A stretch of 44,734 nt of DNA, taken from the NCBI RefSeq assembly GCF_006345805.1, contig NW_021834945.1, forward strand, positions 1 to 44,734. The letters run 5' to 3'. Positions 35,185 through 44,734 of the stretch are shown in pieces. The notes beneath the pieces are model-generated. The model did no database searches and had not been told where the DNA came from. It saw only the letters and a program-made list of their open reading frames with translations. Position 1 is the first letter of the stretch. Each line of letters starts with the position of its first letter. The translations under genes and the position numbers were made by a program. Source of the stretch: Octopus sinensis. Its lineage: Eukaryota.

Positions 35185-35215
<31 letters not shown>

Positions 35216-35306
35216 CACACCACACATACCACACACATACACAACACCACACACACACACACACCCACTCTCTCACACACATACACACACCACACCACAC
35301 CACACA

Positions 35307-35355
<49 letters not shown>

Positions 35356-35624
35356 GTTAGTAATTGAAATCGTCAAGCTTGAATGTGTTCAAGAAGAGAC
35401 AAGAAAAAGTGATCTCTCGCTTGGAGAAGTTAATCAAACTATTTTAGTTTAGATTACTTAACAACGTTTAGCACGCAACACTTCACTTTGTTTCTGTTTG
35501 TTTTACATTACATGCCTGACTCCGTCCCGGTCTATGTATATGAATTGAACATTAAGGGTTGGTACATATACACACCTCAAACAGACAGGAATATAGACAC
35601 ACCTCTCCCCCCCCCCTGCCCCCT

Positions 35625-35655
<31 letters not shown>

Positions 35656-36680
35656 TACACACCATACACACACCACACCACACACACACACACACACACA
35701 GAGTGTTAGTAATTGAAATCGTCAAGCTTGAATGTGTTCAAGAAGAGACAAGAAAAAGTGATCTCTCGCTTGGAGAAGTTAATCAAACTATTTTAGTTTA
35801 GATTACTTAACAACAGTTTAGCACGCAACACTTCACTTTGTTTCTGTTTGTTTTACATTACATGCCTGACTCCGTCCCGGTCTATGTATATGAATTGAAC
35901 ATTAAGGGTTGGTACATATACACACCTCAAACAGACAGGAATATAGACACACACTCTCCCCCCCCCTGCCCCCTTCTCTCTCTCACACACACACACACAC
36001 ACATACACAAACACCACACACACACAACACACACACACACCACACAACACACACACACACACACACATACACACACATACACACCATACACACACCACAC
36101 CACACACACCACACATACCACACACATACACAAACACCACACACACACACACCACATACACACAACACCCACTCTCTCACACACACACACACCACACACC
36201 ACACACACACACACACACAGAGTGTTAGTAATTGAAATCGTCAAGCTTGAATGTGTTCAAGAAGAGACAAGAAAAAGTGATCTCTCGCTTGGAGAAGTTA
36301 ATCAAACTATTTTAGTTTAGATTACTTAACAACAGTTTAGCACGCAACACTTCACTTTGTTTCTGTTTGTTTTACATTACATGCCTGACTCCGTCCCGGT
36401 CTATGTATATGAATTGAACATTAAGGGTTGGTACATATACACACCTCAAACAGACAGGAATATAGACACACACTCTCCCCCCCCCTGCCCCCTTCTCTCT
36501 CTCACACACACACACACAGAGTGTTAGTAATTGAAATCGTCAAGCTTGAATGTGTTCAAGAAGAGACAAGAAAAAGTGATCTCTCGCTTGGAGAAGTTAA
36601 TCAAACTATTTTAGTTTAGATTACTTAACAACAGTTTAGCACGCAACACTTCACTTTGTTTCTGTTTGTTTTACATTACA
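35041..36680. repeat. tandem array: ~284-bp constant block with variable (AC)-mosaic spacers
   Basis: AGAGTGTTAGTAATTG... starts at 35351, 35700, 36219 and 36518; fourth copy stops at 36680. Confidence 0.95.
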
Positions 36681-37141
36681 CACACTCGTGTACTAGTAAA
36701 GTAGAGGGAGAGAGTTTGGTCAGGCGTTCGACCTGTTTCAAGTCACACCCTACCGTCTCAAAAGTATATAACAGACCGAAGTAGGTATTGAAAATAGTGT
36801 TTCCGGATAAACTAGGTCTCAAAAGATAATGCGTTGTGCACGAACAGAATGGCTTTGAAAATACATTTAGTTGATCAGGACGAAACTAAACTTGAAGCTA
36901 ATCTAACACCCCCCCCCCCAAGAAAAAAACACTCGCATATACAAACACACACACGCAAGCAATCACACACACAGATGCGCACAAACACAAACACACACGC
37001 ACAGATACATACATATGCAAGCGTATATAAGCATATCTAGACATGCAACTATATGCATTAGAATACATACATAAGATAAAACATACAAATCTGGCACATG
37101 TACATACATACGCGCATATATACATACATAATACATACGTA

Positions 37142-37178
<37 letters not shown>

Positions 37179-37346
37179 CCTTCGAAACACGCATTGAGTC
37201 GATCCAGGGGCAGCTAATGAAGGGGAATTTTCCCTGTATTGTTTGTCCTGTACTCTGTTTTTTCGTTGTTAAAAAAGTCCGTTTCCTGTTTGTTTCTATG
37301 CGTTCGTTTTCTCGTTGTGTTCTACGTTTATTTGCGGTGTCCTGTA

Positions 37347-37406
<60 letters not shown>

Positions 37407-37489
37407 ATATATATATATGCATGTATATATACATATAGATGTAGGTAGTACATATATGTATGTATGCATAATTTTATTTATTAAACAGT

Positions 37490-37539
<50 letters not shown>

Positions 37540-38097
37540 CATATTACATACATGTATATGGACATGTAAGTATTAAAAGTTAGCAAACCAGCATTATTCC
37601 AAGTTTCAAAGTCGCAAATGCATTCCTGATGAATGTAAAAATCCATGCTTAAGATATAAAAGTTATTGAAAATAACAATCCAATTAAATGAATGATTATC
37701 TTCCACTTTAAAGAGAAACCACTGTAAAAAGAGTGCAAATCACTTATATGGTCTAGATTTTTAAAATTGCTACTTTACACGATTGTAGTATCAGCAGACA
37801 TTACTGATACACACGCGCGCGAGCACACATATATATAAGTATACGCACATACAGATGTACGTATATGTACTTTATATGTGGGTTAACAATGCTTCCAATA
37901 GTTTCATGTAAAGAGATTATGTACAATTGTTCAAGCGTAACTCATGGGAACATTGTTACTTGTCTCCATTGAGGATGAGAATACACGAGTTTACACGAGA
38001 CTGTACGCGATTTCAAAATAAATAATATACAGGTCACGGGAGATAACTTATTAGAACATCTTAATCGTTGTCTCTATCTTTAAGGTGTGCATATATA

Positions 38098-39356
38098 TTG
38101 GGCTGGCAGGAAAGTAATTTAATTTTTCTCAAATAGAGCTACGATGTTTTTGATTGACTTTTGTCAATGATATGATTTTTCCTTTTGACATTTGATAGTC
38201 GTTACTTTTAGCTTACTTTTTGCGCGTAATTTTGTTTACAGCTGTTAGTACAGTGTCAAATTTAACATTGAGTGCAAAAACGAACATTTTCGCCATATTT
38301 TGCTTTTTTATTTCCGTAAAGGTAAGAAAGCTACTGAGGCTCACAAAAAGATGTATGGAGTTTATGGTGTCGAATGCTTAACAGAACGTACATGTCAGAA
38401 AAGGTTTTAAAAATCCGTTCTGGAGATTTTTCACTCAAAGATGACCAACGTTCTGGTCGACCTACTGGAGTTGATGATGACCGAATCAAAGCCATAATTG
38501 AATCTCATTGTCATATACCTGTGCGTGAGGTTGTAGAGAAGTTAAATGTATCACACACAACAATTGAAAATCACTTGAAATGTCTTGGACTCGTTAAGGA
38601 GCTCGATATATGGGTTCCACATACATTGAAAAAGATTCACTTAACACAACGAATCAATATTTGCGATATGCATCTCAAATGCAATGAAATCGACCTGTTT
38701 TTGAACTGGTGATAAAAAATTGATTGTCTACTATGACATCAGTCGAACACGATCATGGTCCAAGCGCAGTGACCCAGCACAAACCAAATGGAAAGCTGAA
38801 TTGCATAAAAAAAATGTGATGCTGTATATTTGGTGGGATTATAAAGGTGTTGTTTCTTTTGAGCTTCTTCCAAGAAACCAAATCATCAATTCAGATGAGA
38901 TGTTTACTGTCAACAACTAATGAAACTGGAGAAGTAATGGAAAAAAAACCGGCCAGAATTGGCAAGTCGTAAAGGAATCGTGCTCCACCATGACAACGCT
39001 AGACGTCATTGCCAATTCGTGAAAAATTATTCGAGCTTAGTTGGGAAGTAATATCACATCTACCATATAACCTTGACTTTGCACCATCAGATAACAATTT
39101 ATTTCGAAGTTTGCAAAATTTTTTAAATGGTAAAACTTTCAATAAGGATGATGACCTGAAATCGCACTTGCTTCAATTTTTGACTGATAAGGACCAGAAG
39201 TTCTATGAGCGCGGAATCATGAAGTTGCCAGGATATTGACAAAAAGACATCAAACAAGATGGAAAATATATAATTGAATAAAGTTCATTTTTTGTATGAA
39301 AACAAATGACTTTTATTTCATACTAAAAATCCGAAATTATTTTCTTGCCAACCCAA
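38098..39356 (+). mobile_element. mariner DNA transposon, near full length (~1.26 kb), decayed
   Basis: Ends TTGGGCTGGCAGGAAAGTAATTT / GAAATTATTTTCTTGCCAACCCAA form imperfect TIRs similar to Hsmar1-type ends; left TA flank present, right flank AA. Confidence 0.92.
38267..39281 (+). pseudogene. mariner D,D34D transposase pseudogene
   Basis: (I)ECKNEHFRHILLFYFRKG...RSGRP...WVPHTL...TGD...MLYIWWD...HHDNAR...PYNLDFAPSD..LFRSLQNFL...FYERGIMKL; start codon lost, several frameshifts. Confidence 0.92.
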
Positions 39357-39727
39357 AACATCTTAAAGGTATATATATATATATATATTACATACATAGA
39401 TACATATACATATATATGTATATATACAGATATGTACTTGCATAGCAAGTGATTTGTTCTGAGATCGTGTGCTGAAAGAAAATCAATTGTGGCGTGGAAG
39501 ATGTTTGTAACCCATTTAAGAATACGCAAAAGCCATTAGTTTCACTTCAACATTTAAATGTTATCAAAATATTTCCGTCACTTTCAAACCGCAACCTGTT
39601 CAATGACAAAACTTCGTGCCGCATCAGAAACTGTAACAGTTAGTCACATAAATACATATATATCTTAAACTTGAAGGATGTAAAATCCTACTGTCTTTCT
39701 TTTATTTCCCTGCTATCATCTTATCTT

Positions 39728-39762
39728 TATCCTGAGGAAGGACTACGTCCAAAATGTCAGAT
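39728..39762 (+). ncRNA. decayed minimal hammerhead-like motif
   Basis: CTGAGGA-A-GGAC(TAC)GTCC-AAAA-TG-TC-AGAT; CCGAAACGTC would become CCAAAATGTC by two CpG transitions. Confidence 0.55.
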
Positions 39763-40860
39763 GCACGGCTCCCCATTACTTTATTTTGGTTAATTTCACA
39801 TAACTCTTTCTGTGTCTCCGAATAATGCAAATTTTGCCGACGCATCTAGAGACAGGTCTCCTTGGATTCTGTTTTATCTGATATTTTTATATGTGCATTT
39901 CTATACCTTAATTATTTCTTGGGAAAACATCAGTATCCACAGTCTCGGTAACACGGTCCTGTCTCTTGAGGTCAAATGATTCATAGTCAGTTGAACGATT
40001 TGTTACATCGATGTTTTACACTGAAACAATATGTGGGAAAGGCGGACAAATATTACAGCTTCTACATAGTCGATCGCACTGAAAAAAATCCAAACCTCTC
40101 TCGAACCATAGTTCATTGTCTTACATATGGAAACATATGCTGGGTAATGTGTTTCTAGTATAGTATATATATCTATGGTTATCTGGAAGTTCGAGTTTTC
40201 AGTCAACATCTTTTATAGCTCCTAGCGAGATATTGATGCATTTTTCCCCTGAATAGAAAGCTTTCCTTACAAATGAAATTGTATTTCCTTTGTTTGTATT
40301 TTTAATTGTTTATCTTGTCTGTCTATCGCAGTTTTTTTTATCGATTCTGAAATGAGGCAAAAGTGAAAGTGACTTCGTCACGATTTGACCATTGATCATA
40401 AAAGGCATGAGTATTTATTTTTAAAATCAATATATTTTTCCTGAACGCCGTTGGATATAATTTACCTGAAACCGGAATGGTTTTATCAAATTTCTCGTAC
40501 GACACAAATTTGGACGGGACTCGCAGTAAGATGACGATCCAAATATTCATCTATTGTTGGTGAGGCCAAACTGTCAGGGACTTTTAATATATTTCTGAAT
40601 CAATAATGATTTCGTCTTTATATCTAACTGCTTAAGAACGCCTTTTATATTTGGTATACCAACACAGGATCTCCATATACAATACACCTCCACACACATA
40701 CGTAATATACAAATAGACTATTAGATAGAAGTTTGGGGAAAGGGTGGTTTCTCAAGTTGTTTTCAGCAAAAACTTCGAAGTAAATGTCAACTTTTCTATA
40801 ACTCGTATTTAAAGCTACATTTCGGATTGGGTCCTTTGCTGTTTACATACAATTAAGAAC

Positions 40861-40900
<40 letters not shown>

Positions 40901-40903
40901 GTG

Positions 40904-40950
<47 letters not shown>

Positions 40951-41529
40951 TGTGTGTGAGTGTGTGTGTATGTGTGTGTGTGTGCGCATGTGCATGTGCG
41001 TATGCATGTATGTCTATCCTATACATATGTGTATATTTGTTTGTATGCGTGTATATGTGCGTGCGGACACTTATCTATACCTAGTTATCAACTCGTAAAC
41101 AGGAATCTGTAACGTTAAGGACAGCTCTGACATTCAGTACGCAATAAAGAAATTGATAATAAAGCCAGTATATTTATGACGTAATTGATAGATGACAGTG
41201 AAAATAGCGGAAAGATAGCGTTCCAGAAAAAATGGTATATAAAACGTTTCGAGAAAATGGATGGATTATAGTGCCTTTTAATGGCGTCTGAAATGCCAGG
41301 ATGTAGACTATATCTGACAAACGACTTAGTGCGCGTCGTTCTGCGTAATTGTATGTCTCTGCATGTGTGTTATTTCGAATATGAAAAAAAAACAAACTTA
41401 TGTAAATATATCTAACATTATCATTATCTTTACTTCAACCGACGGTATTAACAAATGTAATCTATTACTGTACCTACTCTAACCAAATTGTGAACACTTA
41501 CACCACCGCTTTTATCGGTAGAAACATCC

Positions 41530-41775
41530 CCACTTATTTTACCAAAATATTAGCTCCAAATTCTGGTACAAGGCCAGTAGGTATGGGGAAGGGGCTAAGT
41601 TGACCCTAGTGTTCAATTAATGTTTATTTTATCGATCCTGACATGATGGAAAGCAAAGTTGATCCCGGTGGAAGGATGAAAGAGGTAAAGCCGACCTCGG
41701 CTTATTTTGAACTTAGAAGGTAAAGACAGACGAATACTGCTAAGCATTTTGTCCGGCATGCAAACGATTCCGCTA
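41530..41775 (-). mobile_element. SINE family A, diverged, with internal duplication
   Basis: Minus-strand head GAATCGTTTGCATGCCGGACAAAATGCTTAGCAG; central GTCGAC/CTTTCATCC motif present twice. Confidence 0.7.
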
Positions 41776-42974
41776 AGTTTCTACCAGAATATGGATATAT
41801 AAATTGCCTACCCAGAGACAATGCACGTAAGAAATATAACTGATGAATGTAAAGTGAGCGAAAGGTAAAAAGAAACGAGAGAAAGACAGAGAGAGAGAGA
41901 GACAGAGAGACAGAGAGATGGAGAGAGAGAGAAAGAGAGAGAGAAAGAGAGAATGACAGAAAGAGAAAGAGATGCAGATACAGAAACATGCAGAAAGAGT
42001 AGGCAGTGAGTGATAAATGTGTTGGAGAATAAAGAAATATATTACCTATGCAGTAATTAAAAATAAATGCTACATTGACATACATAGAAGCATTACAATT
42101 AGGTAGGTTGAAAGTAGAATGATATCGTGTGTAGCAGGAAAAGTAAAATATTTTGATGTTTTGGGATCAGAATCTGTATTCAAGAAAAGAAAACTCATAT
42201 CAGTACAATGTTGCTCAGGAATAATAGTGGTAATGGAGGCCGGAAGTGGGTTTATATGTAGTTTTAAAGCAAAGGAGATTTAGGTTGTGGGATGAAATGA
42301 TAGACAGTGAGATCTACTTCGTTTTCGAAATAGTAAAATGAATGTAAAATATAACGAAATGAAAAACTGAAGCGGAAATGACGAAATGGTACACGTAGAG
42401 TGAAAACAAAAAGAATCAGCCGAAACGAAATCGGTGCTAAAGTGAAATTGGGTAAACCGATTACTGTGTTACCGTAGGTCTATATATGTGAGCACTATAT
42501 ATCCGAAAACTTCAAAAAGAACAACAATAAAATCAGATATACTGCTATTCTACATCCCAGAGTGAAGGTTTGTAAAACATTTTTTTTTTAGAATTTGCTG
42601 CCAAATCTCCGTCAAATCAGAGCTTATTGTCTGTCGAGAAAGAAGTAGACAATTGAAATGGTTTATTTGTATCAATCTGGTTTCTTTTTATCTATCAATC
42701 TATATTTAGAACAGTGGAATAGACAGACATAGAAAATGGGAGACATATATGAAGTGAGAGACATACACAAAGTGCAAGAGAGTGAAGATTGTGAGGGGGA
42801 TGATGGTGATAGTACGTTTGTATGACATCAAACTTTTTTATTTGTTTCCCTCTCCAGTCTCTCTATAATCTTTCCATCTGTCTGTCTTTCAGTCTCTTAC
42901 GCTGTATCACTCTCGGGGATTGTAGGACAGAAACAGAGATGGAAACAAGAGAGTATGTAGTTTATGAGAAAATG

Positions 42975-43027
<53 letters not shown>

Positions 43028-43734
43028 TAGGTAGTGACGAATGTGGTGGTGTGAAAACTATCAAAACAGTCGAAGTTTACTGTAACCTAATGTCTTAAAT
43101 AAATGTAGATTCCATCCTACCTTATTTAAATCATATAGTATTGGAGAAGATTATAGATTTTTTTCTATTCATAAAATCTCATATTAGATACTGAAAATCG
43201 TAAAAACATTATTGGCTTATAATTTCTTAAAGATGTCTATTCGAAGGGATTCTGAAAGCTAATTATACATCACTGATCATCCCTCTACATCGTCTTTTGT
43301 TATATTCATAAATATGGTTAACAGAAACAGAACAAGCACATGGAAAGACATATTACGTTGTAAACAACTTCCCGAGAGGCCTTCAAGGAAACTTTATCGA
43401 CAGTTTAAATTCCGTTCAGGGGCGCGTATGAGATTTACCTCCGGAAAACGAGCTCTAAAGTTTGAGTAATCTATCGTCGATTTTTATAAATCCTCCCAAA
43501 ACAACTTTAAGTTGATACCAACTGAAAAAGGAAAGATATTTTTCATCGGGCGAAATAGTGAAAAGCGAAATAGGATAAATAACCTTCTGTGTAGATCTGT
43601 TAATTATTTTAGCATCCACTTACCCACAAAGTTTCATCAAGGAAACAAAGCTGTATGTACGAATGTATCTGTCTGTCTGCTTGTTTGTTTATTTGTTTAT
43701 CTATATCTCTCTCTATCTATCTTATATTTATCCT

Positions 43735-43950
43735 CCACCACTGTATTTGCCCTCCACCACTGCTTGACAACCTGTGTTGGAGTGTTTCGTCCCTGTAACT
43801 TAGTGATTTGGCAAAAGGGACCGATAGAATAAATATCAGGTTTTGAAAAAAAAATACTGGGGTCGATTCGTTCGACTAAAATTCAAGGTGCTGCTTCAGC
43901 ATGTCACATTCAATCACATTCAAAATAACTGAAACGAGCAATAGATAAAA
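43735..43950 (+). mobile_element. SINE family B, 3' half, diverged
   Basis: CCACCACTGCTTGACAACC...GTCCCTGTAACTTAG...GATAGAATAA...TACTGGGGTCGATTCGTTCGACTAA. Confidence 0.8.
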
Positions 43951-44028
43951 GATACGCACATCCAAATATCCACGCACACAGACACATACAGACACACATA
44001 CATACACATCCTATATATATATATATAT

Positions 44029-44063
<35 letters not shown>

Positions 44064-44180
44064 AGTAGTTGAATGAATTATCCTAGTATGGATAATTCGG
44101 TTAACCGATACCTGGGTAGCAATTTCACGTCAGAAAAACACGGTTGAAGCTACATGCCTGTTCATCTTGATGCTGACATA

Positions 44181-44283
44181 AGTTCCTTGTCTCTCCTGAT
44201 GAGAAGGCAGCATAATGCACCCCTTATTTCTTCGAAATTAGGAATATGCAGCCTTCGAAACAGATGTCGAGAATAAAGGAATT
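44181..44283 (+). ncRNA. type I hammerhead ribozyme with extended stems I and II, fully canonical core
   Basis: TCTC(44192-95)-CTGATGA-GAAGGC...GCCTTC-GAAA-CAGATG-TC|GAGA; stem I continues AGTTCCTT/AAGGAATT after a 3x3 loop; predicted cut after C44268. Confidence 0.85.
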
Positions 44284-44399
44284 TTGTTAAATCGTCGTTC
44301 AACTCCATTCTTTCATTTATTGATATATATATATATATATAACATAAGGGACTAAAGCCATCTGAATATGGCTAGGGACAGGGCAGGGTGGTGGGGGTG

Positions 44400-44734
44400 T
44401 TACTGTTGCATTTAGCCCCAGGCGAACATCGACGTCACCAGATAGGCCGACACCGTCACGGTGTCCTTTAACCTGCAAAGGGAGGTAATTCCCCGATGAA
44501 GCGGAAACACAACGGACCATGGTTCAAGGTGTATTGCCTATCGTCGGCGTGTGGTAGACTTCCGCTTCCTCGACGAACACTCACTCTGCAGGATATTCAT
44601 ATATAGATTTTCAAGCAAAATACATTTGCTGATTCGAAAATCTGTTCGAAAGCAATGCAGGTTAAAGGACACCGTGACGGTGTCGGGCCTATCTGGTGAC
44701 GTCGATGTTCGCCTGGGGCTAAATGCAACAGTAA
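44400..44734. repeat. inverted repeat, ~78-bp arms, ~178-bp spacer, runs to the window edge
   Basis: 44400-44477 vs 44656-44734, one 1-nt indel. Confidence 0.93.

Noticed and set aside
34482-35376. 292-aa ORF with SQQA repeats
   Set aside because: Concatenated TG, CAT, 12-mer, AG and AC repeats; no coding signal.
35351-36680. Repeat-spacer array resembling CRISPR
   Set aside because: Constant blocks are ~284 bp, spacers are microsatellite, the context is eukaryotic and no cas genes are present.
37180-37240. GAAACACGC ... CTAATGAAGGGG...TCCC inside a TA-flanked insert
   Set aside because: Hammerhead-like words are in the wrong order and the stems do not close; at best a relic.
40460-40600. 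Possible minus-strand exon (CAG|GTAAAT donor at ~40461)
   Set aside because: The most protein-like frame stops before the donor; weak acceptor; no homology recognisable.
41838-41870. CTGATGA...GAAAGGTA
   Set aside because: No pairing in stems I, II or III.

Overview
AT-rich, non-coding eukaryotic DNA with very dense microsatellites. The SINE families and repeat landscape look like a coleoid cephalopod, probably Octopus; this is recognition from memory, not a database search. No host protein-coding exon can be supported, and nearly all ORF-track entries are microsatellite read-throughs. The real coding remnants are all transposons: two Penelope-like (PLE) fragments (RT thumb + GIY-YIG at 10214-11133 minus; RT N-half at ~13400-14100 plus), an internally deleted RTE-BovB-type LINE (~30440-33625 minus), three R4/Dong-type C-terminal fragments, a near full-length decayed mariner (38098-39356) and two inverted mariner 5' fragments. 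There are about 20 SINE copies or fragments from several tRNA-derived families. The main unannotated signal is about ten type I hammerhead-ribozyme-like motifs. Three have an intact CUGANGA/GAAA/GUH core with pairable stems I-III: 11872-11906 (-), 14414-14456 (+) and 44181-44283 (+). Several have unusually enlarged domain II or long stem I. They sit in short non-coding inserts in (TA)n tracts or beside large foldbacks. One lies in a 353-bp partially tandem unit resembling a non-autonomous retrozyme/PLE monomer. Also present: several long palindromes and a four-copy tandem array with hypervariable (AC) spacers (35041-36680). All structures were folded by eye; no activity or novelty has been verified.
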